Source: Escherichia phage vB_EcoM_112. Taken from it: DNA of 64,000 bases. The stretch lies in sequence record NC_024125.2; one strand, written 5' to 3'. Positions 8,763 through 21,300 of the stretch are shown piece by piece. Both the position numbers and the translations under genes were made by a program. Every line of letters starts with the position of its first letter. Within the stretch, counting starts at the first letter, position 1. The notes beneath the pieces are model-generated. The model searched no databases. It was not told the origin of the DNA and was given only the letters and a program-made list of their open reading frames with translations.

Positions 8763-9020
8763 TTATTTTAAATCTTCTAATCGTTTCTTCATCTTAGAAC
8801 CGTTCTTAGCGATTTCTCCTGCATCAGAGCATAATGCTAAAAGTGCTTTAACTTTAGTTTGGTCTCCTTTAAAAGACGAAGGATCGACTGCAGCAGCAAG
8901 TTCTTTAATACGAGAGAAAAGACGCTCAGCTTCAGCTAAAGCCATTCCAAGCTTTACTTCCATACCGTGGGAAGATTCAGTGATAGTAGTTTTTGTAGCA
9001 AACTCTTTGAAAGTTTTCAT
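8763..9020 (-). CDS. internal-protein-like protein with CTS-like N-terminus (85 aa)
   Basis: N-terminus MKTFKEFATKTTITE; RBS AGGAAAA; own upstream promoter element. Confidence 0.6.
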   Translation of the reverse strand: MKTFKEFATKTTITESSHGMEVKLGMALAEAERLFSRIKELAAAVDPSSFKGDQTKVKALLALCSDAGEIAKNGSKMKKRLEDLK

Positions 9021-9041
9021 TTTATTTTCCTAATTAATTTT

Positions 9042-9080
9042 GATGAGGTAATAGTATCACTACCTCATCAGCATGTAAAC
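9042..9080 (-). promoter_or_regulatory. early-type promoter with inverted repeat, copy 3
   Basis: gatgaggta-atagtatcac-tacctcatc: stem retained by paired changes relative to copy 1 (GG to AG and CC to CT); -35 GTTTAC at 9075..9080. Confidence 0.55.
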
Positions 9081-9092
9081 AACTTTATGAAA

Positions 9093-9789
<697 letters not shown>

Positions 9790-9790
<1 letters not shown>

Positions 9791-10515
9791 TATAGTACCT
9801 TTAGTGTATTTTTAATTTTAGAAAAAAGTTCTTCAAGAGAACCATCATTTGTAATTACTAAATCGCCATCACGAATTGGCAATCCAGCTTCTGTAATATG
9901 TGTATCATTGGATTTTTGACCAGGACGAACTACATGAATTACTGTAGCACCCATCGCCCTAGCCGCATCCATTTCATGATCTTGACGAGTATCAGGAACG
10001 ATATAATAATCATAACCTGAGTTAAATTTATCAAGATAATCTAAAGCAAATAATTTTACCCAGTACATGCGATCGAAGTTATTAACAATCAAATCCGTAC
10101 CTAGGGCTTGCATCAGACGACGGACTGACCATTGATCTTCAATATTATTTATAACGTCAATAATCTTGTTAAATGCTACGGAATTAACTGATTCTTGTCC
10201 TTCGTCATCAAAAACAAACACACCCTTAATTGGGCTTTTACCATTAAGATAGCAAAATGCTTGTTCCATAATCGTGATTACTTCTAATTTAGTCAGATTT
10301 AAATTAGTCTCACGATCATAGTCAATTCCTTCAAACTCTTTACGAGTTAAGCAAGGATAGTCGGTGTTTGCTGCAAATACTCCCCATGCATAAGCCAATG
10401 CATCCTTAATAGGACCAGCAAGTTGGTATTTAACTGCAGAATAATTGCTCATGATAAAATCAGCAGTAGTATCTTTTCCACTACGCTTTACACCGCTTAA
10501 AAATATTAGTTTCAT
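9790..10515 (-). CDS. 1: deoxynucleoside monophosphate kinase gp1
   Basis: 241 aa from ATG 10515 (MKLIFLSGVKRSGKDTTADF), P-loop GVKRSGKDT; track ORF has a 13-codon extension. Confidence 0.9.
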
Positions 10516-10564
10516 GTGTTTCTCCTCAAATTTAATTAAGATTATAACACACAAAACTGAAGCA

Positions 10565-11095
10565 TTAAACTTCTGCTATAATTTTGCCATCTTTTTCTAC
10601 TTGAAAATACGTATAAGGAATCGTTGCAGTACATACTAAAGCTGGGTCTGAATCTTCCGTATAGCTAAATTCTACTTCAGATAGGTCAGAAACCCAAGGC
10701 TTATAAAAATTTATTGACATCACGATTTCAGTTTTGCTATTATCTAAAATGTAAAGCGTAATGTACTCAGGACCTGTTTTTTGGGCAGTATTTTCACCTG
10801 TAAGATAGTTGCTAGTTCCTAGCATCCATTCATACATTCCTATCCACGACTTAAGTTCTTCATCAACTATAAATCTCACGATGAGTGGATCGTACTCAAA
10901 TGTAGCACCCGGTCGTTGTGCTCGACCTAGTCCAAACGGCCCAGTCACGGTATCAGTAACAGGTATTCTAATTCCTGGAATAGGAACTGACTGAGCATTT
11001 AAAGTAAAAGCAGATGTAGTATTACTGTGTGGTATTGATACTACAAAGTTAGTTGTATTTGCTTGGTTAAAAATTTGTTGCAGAGCTTGCGACAT
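10565..11095 (-). CDS. 3: tail completion / sheath stabiliser gp3
   Basis: 176 aa from ATG 11095 (MSQALQQIFNQ...), matching T4 gp3 length; track ORF starts 27 codons upstream. Confidence 0.8.
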   Translation of the reverse strand: MSQALQQIFNQANTTNFVVSIPHSNTTSAFTLNAQSVPIPGIRIPVTDTVTGPFGLGRAQRPGATFEYDPLIVRFIVDEELKSWIGMYEWMLGTSNYLTGENTAQKTGPEYITLYILDNSKTEIVMSINFYKPWVSDLSEVEFSYTEDSDPALVCTATIPYTYFQVEKDGKIIAEV

Positions 11096-11201
11096 ATATT
11101 CCTCATAATGCTTTATAATTGTTGGTGGTATAATGGGTCTAAGTCCCTTCCATTCAATTCCATTTAGAACAAACAACAGAAAAGAATGGAAGATAATAGA
11201 A

Positions 11202-11876
11202 TTAATTTATTAGACTTCTTAAACGAGCAGAAGTCATAAATGGAAATTTTTCTAAAGTTGGCTTTCGCCAATATCTCGGATGACAAGTTGATTTAAAATC
11301 AAGAACAATTTTCTTTGCTTCATCAATAGTGTTAACTCCAAAGTTATCTAACATTATTTTCTTTTCTTTTTCCCACCGTTTATTAGCTAAAGCAGATTGA
11401 AGCTTTTTGTTTTTAAATGTGTCATTTTTTCTAGAATGAGTTGTTCCTTGTGTCGGACTCCATCCTCTTCCTAAAATAAATCCCTCAGGAATTATATCTC
11501 CATCATGCAATTTTATACATCTTTTACCATTATTATAATATTTTCGTCCAGTTTGTGTATTTGAAATATTATTTGCATGTTTTCTTTTTAACCAACCATA
11601 AACTTTATTATTTCTCCTAACATATTTAGTTGAAACCGTCATTTTTATGGCTGCATAAGATAATTTTAAAGAATTTGGGTGTATTTTTACTAATAGCTGA
11701 TGTGCAACATAATGCTCTTCTGGAGTTAAATCAACCAAGTTAGAAGCACCATTACTACCGCCTAAACATTTCGGAATAATATGATGTCTTTCTTTATATC
11801 CAGTAAGGGCTCTATTGCGAGCCCTATCAATTAGTGAATTATAAATTTTTTCATAATTCATCGTACATTGCTCCAA
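11202..11876 (-). CDS. HNH homing endonuclease (free-standing, inserted between genes 2 and 3)
   Basis: HNH core [30 protein letters not shown]; basic C-terminal half; start overlaps 3' end of gene 2 (alternative ATG at 11861). Confidence 0.8.
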   Translation of the reverse strand: MEQCTMNYEKIYNSLIDRARNRALTGYKERHHIIPKCLGGSNGASNLVDLTPEEHYVAHQLLVKIHPNSLKLSYAAIKMTVSTKYVRRNNKVYGWLKRKHANNISNTQTGRKYYNNGKRCIKLHDGDIIPEGFILGRGWSPTQGTTHSRKNDTFKNKKLQSALANKRWEKEKKIMLDNFGVNTIDEAKKIVLDFKSTCHPRYWRKPTLEKFPFMTSARLRSLIN

Positions 11877-12685
11877 ACTTTGTTTGCAGAGAAACGTTTT
11901 CCTTTGGAGTAGAAGCTTTGGAGCGGCATCAACACAACGTTCGCCCAGTCTTTCGGGGCGATTTCAACAAGGCTACCCATAATATTACCAGGTATATATG
12001 CCTTAATCATTTGATCTGCACCCCTAAATCCTTTCACTTGACTCCAATCAATTTTTAATTTCGTTTTATTAGTAATAGTAGGTGTATTTGAATATTGCTT
12101 TAAAAGCTCTTCTAGAAACTGTTGACGAGCTTTAGGCGGAATATAGTGCAAGTTTAATCCGTACATTAAATTATGCTTACCTAAACCAAGGTAAATTATC
12201 AAAGGAAATTTATCCCAGTAAGGAAGAGTTTCCTTGTGTTTAGCATCATAAGCAAAAGCATATATTCGTCCCGGCTGCGGGCGAACAACTTTATGTCCTT
12301 TTACTTGCTTAATAGTTTCGGCAAACCACTTTCTGGTTTTATTATTAATTGCTGCACCTTCATTACGAATTTTATCACGCAATGTTTGTCTGAATGAATT
12401 TATCATAAGCAGTTGTCTTTCTTGCTTATTGAGTTTATTCATTGGTTTTGATTCAAGCTTTTGAATCTTTTCAGCCGTTTTAATTCCTGAAGCATATTTT
12501 GACATTGCTGAAGTAAACGTAGAGTATTTGATTCCTCTTTCTTCAGCAAATTGCTTTCCTGTCATTCCTTTTGCTTTGGCCTTTTTATATTCAAGACCTA
12601 TCTGAATCCATTTCTTTTCGTTTAATGATTGCTTAACCTTTGGAACTTGGGGAGTGCTTTCATTAATTATTTGAAAAATAGCCAT
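11858..12685 (-). CDS. 2: DNA end-protector protein gp2
   Basis: 275 aa (T4 gp2 about 274); position between genes 4 and 3. Confidence 0.8.
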   Translation of the reverse strand: MAIFQIINESTPQVPKVKQSLNEKKWIQIGLEYKKAKAKGMTGKQFAEERGIKYSTFTSAMSKYASGIKTAEKIQKLESKPMNKLNKQERQLLMINSFRQTLRDKIRNEGAAINNKTRKWFAETIKQVKGHKVVRPQPGRIYAFAYDAKHKETLPYWDKFPLIIYLGLGKHNLMYGLNLHYIPPKARQQFLEELLKQYSNTPTITNKTKLKIDWSQVKGFRGADQMIKAYIPGNIMGSLVEIAPKDWANVVLMPLQSFYSKGKRFSANKVWSNVR

Positions 12686-13137
12686 TATGCCCCCTTAAAG
12701 CCAAGAGCTCGTAATCCATCTTCTGTTAGAATTCTAAATTTTATTCCACGCTTTTCAGCTAAAGATTGTGCTGCTTTCCATTTGTCAGTGTTCACAGACC
12801 AGGTATAAATTTCATTCATAAATCTTTTCTTCGCTGCGGTTGTTAGATGTGCGGGTTTAACCGGTGGTTGTGTTTCTTTTTTAGGTTTTATTTCAATAAA
12901 AAATTCTTGCCCAGAAGAATCTTTCATCCAAATATCCATGAAGTATCTACGTTTTTTCCCTTCGGCATTACAAAAATAAGGAATTACTGCTGTTTCACTA
13001 CCCCATGCAATAATTTCTGGATTTTTATCTAACCATTCAAAAAAGAATTTTTCCCAATTTGATCTATACGTAATTTTTTTAGGGTCACCTCTATATTTTG
13101 ATATATTTTTAGGAACCCATTTTCCAGAATATGCCAT
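12685..13137 (-). CDS. 4: head completion protein gp4
   Basis: 150 aa; ATGA overlap with gene 2; divergent from gene 53. Confidence 0.85.
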   Translation of the reverse strand: MAYSGKWVPKNISKYRGDPKKITYRSNWEKFFFEWLDKNPEIIAWGSETAVIPYFCNAEGKKRRYFMDIWMKDSSGQEFFIEIKPKKETQPPVKPAHLTTAAKKRFMNEIYTWSVNTDKWKAAQSLAEKRGIKFRILTEDGLRALGFKGA

Positions 13138-13139
13138 TG

Positions 13140-13170
13140 GATTCTCCTTATAAATAGATAATATATTTAT
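13140..13170. promoter_or_regulatory. divergent late promoters for genes 4 (minus) and 53 (plus)
   Basis: plus-strand TATAAATA at 13151..13158 and tatttata at about 13165..13172 in the 47-bp gap. Confidence 0.55.
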
Positions 13171-13184
13171 AAACAGGAGGGCCC

Positions 13185-13775
13185 ATGCTCTTTACATTTT
13201 TTGATCCGATTGAATATGCGGCCAAAACGGTGAATAAAAACGCGCCGACTATTCCTATGACAGATATTTTTAGAAACTATAAAGACTATTTTAAGCGTGC
13301 TCTTGCGGGATATCGCTTACGTACTTATTATATTAAAGGTTCACCACGCCCGGAAGAATTAGCAAATACTATATATGGAAATCCACAGTTGTATTGGGTT
13401 TTATTGATGTGTAATGATAATTATGATCCGTATTATGGATGGATTACTTCACAAGAAGCTGCTTATCAAGCATCTATACAAAAATACAAAAACGTAGGTG
13501 GAGACCAAATAGTATATCATGTAAATGAGAATGGTGAAAAATTTTATAATTTAATATCATACGATGATAATCCATATGTTTGGTATGACAAAGGTGATAA
13601 AGCTAGAAAATATCCTCAATATGAAGGAGCACTTGCTGCGGTCGATACGTATGAAGCTGCTGTTCTTGAAAATGAAAAACTTCGTCAAATAAAAATAATA
13701 GCAAAATCAGACATTAATTCATTTATGAACGACCTTATACGTATAATGGAGAAATCTTATGGAAATGATAAGTAA
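13185..13775 (+). CDS. 53: baseplate wedge protein gp53
   Basis: 196 aa, matches T4 gp53 length and position. Confidence 0.9.
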   Translation: MLFTFFDPIEYAAKTVNKNAPTIPMTDIFRNYKDYFKRALAGYRLRTYYIKGSPRPEELANTIYGNPQLYWVLLMCNDNYDPYYGWITSQEAAYQASIQKYKNVGGDQIVYHVNENGEKFYNLISYDDNPYVWYDKGDKARKYPQYEGALAAVDTYEAAVLENEKLRQIKIIAKSDINSFMNDLIRIMEKSYGNDK

Positions 13776-15486
13776 TAACCTTAATTGGTTTGTTGGTGTT
13801 GTTGAAGATAGAATGGACCCATTAAAATTAGGTCGTGTTCGTGTTCGTGTTGTTGGTCTGCATCCACCTCAAAGAGCACAAGGTGATGTAATGGGTATTC
13901 CAACTGAAAAATTACCATGGATGTCAGTTATTCAACCTATAACTTCTGCAGCAATGTCTGGAATTGGAGGCTCCGTTACTGGACCGGTAGAAGGAACTAG
14001 AGTTTATGGTCATTTTTTAGACAAATGGAAAACTAACGGAATTGTCCTTGGCACGTATGGTGGAATAGTTCGCGAAAAACCGAATAGACTTGAAGGATTT
14101 TCTGACCCAACTGGGCAATATCCTAGACGTTTAGGAAATGATACTAACGTACTAAACCAAGGCGGTGATGTAGGATATGATTCCTCTTCTAATGTTATTC
14201 AAGATAGTAACTTAGACACTGCAATAAATCCTGATGATAGACCACTATCAGAGATTCCAACTGATGATAATCCAAACATGTCAATGGCTGAAATGCTTCG
14301 CCGTGATGAAGGATTAAGACTAAAAGTTTATTGGGATACCGAAGGATATCCGACAATTGGTATTGGTCATCTTATCATGAAGCAGCCAGTTCGTGATATG
14401 GCTCAAATTAATAAAGTTTTATCAAAACAAGTTGGTCGTGAAATTACTGGAAACCCAGGTTCTATTACAATGGAAGAGGCGACGACTTTATTTGAGCGTG
14501 ATTTGGCTGATATGCAACGTGACATTAAATCACATTCTAAAGTAGGACCAGTCTGGCAAGCTGTCAACCGTTCTCGTCAAATGGCATTAGAAAATATGGC
14601 ATTTCAGATGGGTGTTGGTGGTGTAGCTAAATTTAACACAATGTTAACTGCTATGTTAGCAGGAGATTGGGAAAAAGCGTATAAAGCCGGTCGTGATTCA
14701 TTATGGTATCAACAAACAAAAGGCCGTGCATCCCGTGTTACCATGATTATTCTTACGGGAAATTTAGAATCATATGGCGTTGAAGTGAAAACCCCAGCTA
14801 GGTCTCTATCAGCAATGGCTGCTACTGTAGCTAAATCTTCTGACCCTGCTGACCCTCCTATTCCAAATGACTCGAGAATTTTATTCAAAGAACCAGTTTC
14901 TTCATATAAAGGTGAATATCCTTATGTGCATACAATGGAAACTGAAAGTGGACATATTCAGGAATTTGATGATACCCCTGGGCAAGAACGATACAGATTA
15001 GTTCATCCAACTGGAACTTATGAAGAAGTATCACCGTCAGGAAGAAGAACAAGAAAAACTGTTGATAATTTGTATGATATAACCAACGCTGATGGTAATT
15101 TTTTGGTAGCCGGTGATAAAAAGACTAACGTCGGTGGATCAGAAATTTATTACAACATGGATAATCGTCTTCACCAGATAGATGGAAGCAATACAATATT
15201 TGTACGTGGCGACGAAACGAAAACTGTTGAAGGTAATGGAACTATCCTAGTTAAAGGTAATGTTACTATTGTAGTTGAAGGCAATGCTGACATTACAGTT
15301 AAAGGAGATGCTACCACTTTAGTTGAAGGAAATCAAACTAATACAGTAAATGGAAATCTTTCTTGGAAAGTTGCTGGGACAGTTGATTGGGACGTTGGTG
15401 GTGATTGGACAGAAAAAATGGCATCTATGAGTTCTATTTCATCTGGTCAATACACAATTGATGGATCGAGGATTGACATTGGCTAA
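13759..15486 (+). CDS. 5: baseplate hub and tail lysozyme gp5
   Basis: 575 aa; internal lysozyme domain MAEMLRRDEGLRLKVYWDTEGYPTIGIGHL paralogous to e; C-terminal beta-helix repeats (VEGNxT...). Confidence 0.95.
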   Translation: MEMISNNLNWFVGVVEDRMDPLKLGRVRVRVVGLHPPQRAQGDVMGIPTEKLPWMSVIQPITSAAMSGIGGSVTGPVEGTRVYGHFLDKWKTNGIVLGTYGGIVREKPNRLEGFSDPTGQYPRRLGNDTNVLNQGGDVGYDSSSNVIQDSNLDTAINPDDRPLSEIPTDDNPNMSMAEMLRRDEGLRLKVYWDTEGYPTIGIGHLIMKQPVRDMAQINKVLSKQVGREITGNPGSITMEEATTLFERDLADMQRDIKSHSKVGPVWQAVNRSRQMALENMAFQMGVGGVAKFNTMLTAMLAGDWEKAYKAGRDSLWYQQTKGRASRVTMIILTGNLESYGVEVKTPARSLSAMAATVAKSSDPADPPIPNDSRILFKEPVSSYKGEYPYVHTMETESGHIQEFDDTPGQERYRLVHPTGTYEEVSPSGRRTRKTVDNLYDITNADGNFLVAGDKKTNVGGSEIYYNMDNRLHQIDGSNTIFVRGDETKTVEGNGTILVKGNVTIVVEGNADITVKGDATTLVEGNQTNTVNGNLSWKVAGTVDWDVGGDWTEKMASMSSISSGQYTIDGSRIDIG

Positions 15487-16015
15487 TATACTTCCAATGA
15501 GCGCTGATTTAGGAGAATCCATGGAAGGTTCTTCTATCGACGTCACCTTTACCGCTCAATTAGAAACGGGTGAAACGTTAGTATCTATAAATATAACTAG
15601 TTACGAAGAAACTCCTGGGGTTTTAGTAGAAGAAAATCGCTTATATGGAACATATGAATCTGTATTTGGTTTCGGAAATGACGCGTTGAAATATCGTTTA
15701 GGCGATGAATTTAAAACTGCTGCTTCATGGGAAGAACTTCCTACTGATTCTGATACTCAGTTGTATTTGTGGAAAGCTCCTCAAAATCTCCAGAAGACAT
15801 TCACTTACGAAGTAACATTAATATATGACTACCAAGAACAAAGTGAATCTGGGGGTTCTGGCAGTAATTCTAGGTCATCTTCTGATACTACTGAACCAAC
15901 GAATCCTCCAGCTCCAATAAGAAAAACACTTGTTAAAAATTATACTAAAACTATAGTTGGAAATTGGAGTCGTTGGGCTAATAAATTGAGAAGCTATGTG
16001 TATGAGAGGCCATAA
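15458..16015 (+). CDS. 5.1: gp5.1-like protein
   Basis: 185 aa ORF between 5 and 5.4. Confidence 0.6.
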
Positions 16016-16309
16016 ATGTCAGGATTAAGTTATGATAAGTGTGTTACTGCTGGCCATGAAGCGTGGCCTCCAACAGTTGTGAATGCTACACAAAGTAAAG
16101 TATTCACTGGAGGAATTGCTGTTCTAGTAGCAGGCGATCCAATTACAGAACATACAGAAATTAAAAAGCCATATGAAACACATGGCGGAGTGACACAACC
16201 CAGAACTTCTAAGGTATATGTCACTGGAAAGAAAGCTGTTCAAATGGCTGATCCAATATCATGCGGTGATACTGTGGCTCAGGCATCATCTAAAGTATTC
16301 ATTAAATAG
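16016..16309 (+). CDS. 5.4: PAAR-repeat spike tip protein gp5.4
   Basis: 97 aa, Gly/Val-rich PAAR-like sequence. Confidence 0.8.
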
Positions 16310-16317
16310 GATTTAAA

Positions 16318-18300
16318 ATGGCAAATACCCCTGTAAATTATCAATTAACAAGAACAGCAAATGCTATTCCCGAGATATTCGTCGGGGGTACGTTTGCTGA
16401 AATAAAACAAAACCTCATTGAATGGCTTAATGGCCAAAATGAATTTTTGGATTATGATTTTGAAGGCTCAAGATTAAACGTTCTGTGTGACCTTTTGGCT
16501 TATAATACGTTGTACATTCAACAGTTTGGTAATGCTGCTGTGTATGAAAGCTTTATGCGTACTGCTAACTTACGAAGTTCAGTTGTTCAAGCTGCACAAG
16601 ATAACGGATATTTACCTACTTCAAAATCCGCTGCGCAGACCGAAATTATGTTAACATGCACCGACGCATTGAATAGGAATTACATTACTATTCCTCGCGG
16701 AACTCGCTTTTTAGCATATGCAAAAGATACTTCTGTTAATCCATATAACTTCGTTTCTACCGAAGACGTTATTGCTATTCGTGATAAAAATAACCAATAT
16801 TTTCCGCGTTTAAAATTGGCCCAGGGACGTATAGTAAGAACTGAAATCATTTATGATAAATTAACACCTATTATCATTTATGATAAAAATATTGATAGAA
16901 ACCAGGTTAAATTATACGTTGATGGAGCGGAATGGATTAACTGGACGAGAAAGTCAATGGTTCATGCTGGTTCAACATCAACGATTTACTATATGCGTGA
17001 AACTATTGATGGAAACACTGAATTCTATTTTGGTGAAGGTGAAATTTCTGTTAATGCTTCTGAAGGAGCTTTGACCGCTAATTATATCGGAGGTCTTAAA
17101 CCTACTCAGAACTCTACGATTGTTATTGAGTACATCAGTACTAATGGTGCTGACGCGAACGGAGCAGTCGGATTTTCATACGCAGATACATTAACAAATA
17201 TAACTGTCATCAATATTAATGAAAATCCAAACAGTGACCCAGATTTTGTTGGGGCAGATGGAGGCGGTGATCCAGAAGATATTGAGCGTATTCGCGAATT
17301 GGGTACTATTAAACGCGAAACCCAGCAACGATGCGTAACTGCGACTGACTATGATACATTCGTTTCAGAGAGATTCGGTTCTATTATTCAGGCAGTTCAG
17401 ACTTTCACTGATTCTACTAAACCTGGGTATGCATTTATTGCTGCTAAACCTAAATCAGGATTGTATTTAACTACTGTACAACGTGAAGATATTAAAAATT
17501 ATCTCAAAGACTATAATTTAGCTCCTATTACGCCATCAATTATTTCTCCTAATTATCTTTTTATTAAGACTAATTTAAAAGTCACATATGCTTTAAATAA
17601 ACTGCAAGAATCCGAGCAGTGGCTTGAAGGTCAAATAATTGATAAAATTGATCGCTATTATACCGAAGATGTAGAAATTTTTAACTCATCTTTCGCTAAA
17701 TCTAAGATGTTGACATATGTAGATGATGCAGATCATTCTGTCATTGGTTCATCAGCGACTATTCAAATGGTTCGTGAAGTACAAAACTTCTATAAAACGC
17801 CTGAAGCGGGTATTAAATACAATAATCAAATAAAAGATCGTTCTATGGAATCTAATACGTTTTCATTTAATTCTGGACGAAAGGTTGTAAATCCTGATAC
17901 TGGTTTAGAAGAAGATGTATTATATGACGTTCGTATAGTATCAACAGACCGAGATTCTAAAGGAATTGGTAAAGTTATTATTGGTCCATTTGCTTCTGGC
18001 GATGTTACAGAAAATGAAAACATTCAGCCGTATACAGGCAATGATTTTAATAAATTAGCAAATTCTGATGGACGCGACAAATACTATGTTATCGGTGAAA
18101 TAAATTATCCGGCTGACATGATTTATTGGAATATCGCTAAAATTAATTTAACATCTGAAAAATTTGAAGTTCAGACTATTGAATTATATTCTGACCCAAC
18201 CGATGATGTTATCTTTACTCGCGATGGTTCACTGATTGTATTTGAAAATGATTTACGTCCGCAATACTTAACTATCGATTTGGAGCCTATATCACAATGA
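16318..18300 (+). CDS. 6: baseplate wedge protein gp6
   Basis: 660 aa, T4 gp6 length and order. Confidence 0.9.
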   Translation: MANTPVNYQLTRTANAIPEIFVGGTFAEIKQNLIEWLNGQNEFLDYDFEGSRLNVLCDLLAYNTLYIQQFGNAAVYESFMRTANLRSSVVQAAQDNGYLPTSKSAAQTEIMLTCTDALNRNYITIPRGTRFLAYAKDTSVNPYNFVSTEDVIAIRDKNNQYFPRLKLAQGRIVRTEIIYDKLTPIIIYDKNIDRNQVKLYVDGAEWINWTRKSMVHAGSTSTIYYMRETIDGNTEFYFGEGEISVNASEGALTANYIGGLKPTQNSTIVIEYISTNGADANGAVGFSYADTLTNITVININENPNSDPDFVGADGGGDPEDIERIRELGTIKRETQQRCVTATDYDTFVSERFGSIIQAVQTFTDSTKPGYAFIAAKPKSGLYLTTVQREDIKNYLKDYNLAPITPSIISPNYLFIKTNLKVTYALNKLQESEQWLEGQIIDKIDRYYTEDVEIFNSSFAKSKMLTYVDDADHSVIGSSATIQMVREVQNFYKTPEAGIKYNNQIKDRSMESNTFSFNSGRKVVNPDTGLEEDVLYDVRIVSTDRDSKGIGKVIIGPFASGDVTENENIQPYTGNDFNKLANSDGRDKYYVIGEINYPADMIYWNIAKINLTSEKFEVQTIELYSDPTDDVIFTRDGSLIVFENDLRPQYLTIDLEPISQ

Positions 18301-21300
18301 CAGTAAAAGCACCTTCAGTCACTAGTCTCAGAATTTCCAAGTTATCCGCAAATCAGGTGCAAGTACGCTGGGATGACGTTGGTGCTAATTTCTACTATTT
18401 TGTAGAAATCGCTGAGACAAAAACAGACTCGGGGGAAAATCTCCCGAGCGATCAATATCGTTGGATTAATTTAGGATATACAGCAAACAATAGTTTCTTT
18501 TTTGATGATGCTGATCCACTAACATCATACATCATTAGAGTAGCTACAGCTGCACAAGATTTTGAGCAATCTGATTGGGTTTATACAGAAGAGTTTGAAA
18601 CTTTTGCTACGAATGCTTACACATTTCAAAACATGATTGAAATGCAATTAGCCAATAAATTCATTCAGGAAAAATTTACTCTTAACAATTCTGATTATGT
18701 TAATTTTAATAATGATACTATAATGGCTGCATTGATGAATGAATCGTTCCAATTCAGCCCATCATATGTTGATGTTTCATCAATAAGTAATTTTATTATT
18801 GGTGAAAATGAGTATCATGAAATACAAGGTTCTATTCAGCAGGTATGTAAGGATATTAACCGAGTTTATTTGATGGAATCAGAAGGGATTCTATATCTTT
18901 TTGAGCGCTATCAACCCGTAGTTAAAGTATCTAATGATAAAGGACAAACCTGGAAAGCTGTGAAGCTCTTCAATGACCGTGTAGGATATCCTTTATCTAA
19001 GACAGTATATTACCAATCTGCGAACACAACATACGTTCTAGGATACGACAAGATTTTCTACGGCCGTAAATCTACTGATGTTAGATGGTCAGCCGATGAT
19101 GTCAGATTTAGTTCACAGGATATAACATTCGCTAAACTTGGCGACCAATTACATCTAGGATTTGATGTAGAAATTTTTGCCACTTACGCGACTTTACCAG
19201 CGAATGTATACCGCATTGCAGAAGCTATTACTTGCACCGATGATTACATTTACGTTGTCGCCAGAGACAAAGTTAGATACATAAAAACGAGTAATGCACC
19301 TATAGATTCTGATCCATTATCTCCAACATATTCGGAAAGACTTTTTGAACCTGATACCATGACTATAACCGGAAATCCTAAAGCAGTATGCTATAAAATG
19401 GATTCTATCGGTGATAAAGTTTTTGCTCTTATTATTGGTGAAGTTGAAACATTAAATGCCAATCCGAGAACTTCAAAAATAATTGATTCTGCTGATAAAG
19501 GAATATATGTTTTAAATCATGACGAAAAAACATGGAAAAGAGTTTTCGGTAATACCGAAGAAGAAAGAAGACGTATTCAACCCGGATATGCGAATATGTC
19601 AACTGACGGTAAATTAGTTTCTCTATCTTCGAGTAATTTTAAATTTTTAAGTGATAACATTGTTAATGACCCTGAAACTGTGGTGAAATATCAGTTAATC
19701 GGTGCTGTTAAATATGAATTTCCCCGTGAATGGTTAGCTGATAAGCATTATCATATGATGGCATTTATAGCGGATGAAAAATCTGATTGGGAGACTTTTA
19801 TTCCTCAACCAATGAAATACTACGCAGAACCGTTCTTTAACTGGTCTAAAAAATCTAACACACGCTGTTGGATAAACAACTCTGATAGAGCTGTAGTAGT
19901 TTATGCTGATTTAAAATACACTAAAGTTATAGAAAATATTCCAGAAACATCACCAGATAGATTAGTTCATGAATACTGGGATGATGGTGATTGCACGATA
20001 GTAATGCCAAATGTTAAATTCACTGGATTTAAAAAATATGCGTCTGGGATGCTTTTCTATAAAGCCTCCGGTGAAATAATTTCTTACTATGATTTTAACT
20101 ATCGTGTGAGAGATACAGTAGAAATTATTTGGAAGCCGACTGGAGTATTTTTAAAAGCATTTTTACAAAACCAAGAGCATGAGACTCCTTGGTCACCAGA
20201 AGAAGAGCGTGGATTAGCTGACCCTGATTTAAGACCATTAATTGGCACAATGATGCCTGATTCTTATTTGCTACAGGATTCGAATTTTGAGGCATTTTGC
20301 GAAGCATATATTCAGTATCTTTCTGATGGATATGGAACTCAGTATAACAATTTACGAAATTTAATTCGTAACCAATATCCACGAGAAGAGCATGCATGGG
20401 AATATTTGTGGTCAGAGATATATAAAAGAAACATTTATTTAAATGCTGATAAACGTGATGCTGTTGCGAGATTCTTTGAATCACGTAGCTATGATTTTTA
20501 TTCTACTAAAGGAATTGAAGCATCATACAAATTTCTTTTTAAAGTTCTTTATAATGAAGAAGTTGAAATTGAAATTGAATCTGGGGCTGGTACTGAATAT
20601 GACATAATCGTTCAATCTGATTCTTTGACTGAAGATTTAGTAGGACAAACGATTTATACAGCCACAGGAAGATGTAATGTTACTTATATAGAAAGAAGTT
20701 ATTCTAATGGTAAATTGCAATGGACCGTAACTATTCATAATCTTTTGGGAAGATTAATTGCTGGTCAAGAAGTTAAAGCAGAAAGACTCCCTAGTTTTGA
20801 AGGCGAAATTATTCGTGGAGTTAAAGGAAAGGATTTGCTTCAAAACAATATAGACTATATTAATAGAAGTAGATCATACTATGTAATGAAAATTAAATCC
20901 AATTTACCTTCTTCCCGTTGGAAATCTGACGTTATTCGTTTTGTTCATCCAGTAGGATTTGGATTTATAGCAATTACCCTTTTAACGATGTTTATTAATG
21001 TTGGTTTAACTCTTAAACATACAGAGACTATAATTAATAAATACAAAAACTATAAATGGGATTCTGGATTGCCTACTGAATATGCTGATAGAGTAGCTAA
21101 ATTAACTCCAACCGGTGAAATTGAGCATGATTCAGTAACAGGCGAAGCAATTTATGAGCCTGGCCCAATGGCTGGTGTAGAATATCCTCTTCCTGATGAC
21201 TATAATGCTGAAAATAATAATTCAATATTTCAAGGTCAATTGCCGTCTGAACGACGTAAATTAATGAGTCCTTTATTTGATGCATCTGGAACAACATTTG

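Noticed and set aside
13759-15486. Possible lysozyme gene duplication or mobile copy (lysozyme domain inside gp5 resembling gene e)
   Set aside because: The gp5 internal lysozyme domain is a known ancient paralog of e in T4-type phages, not a recent duplication or insertion.
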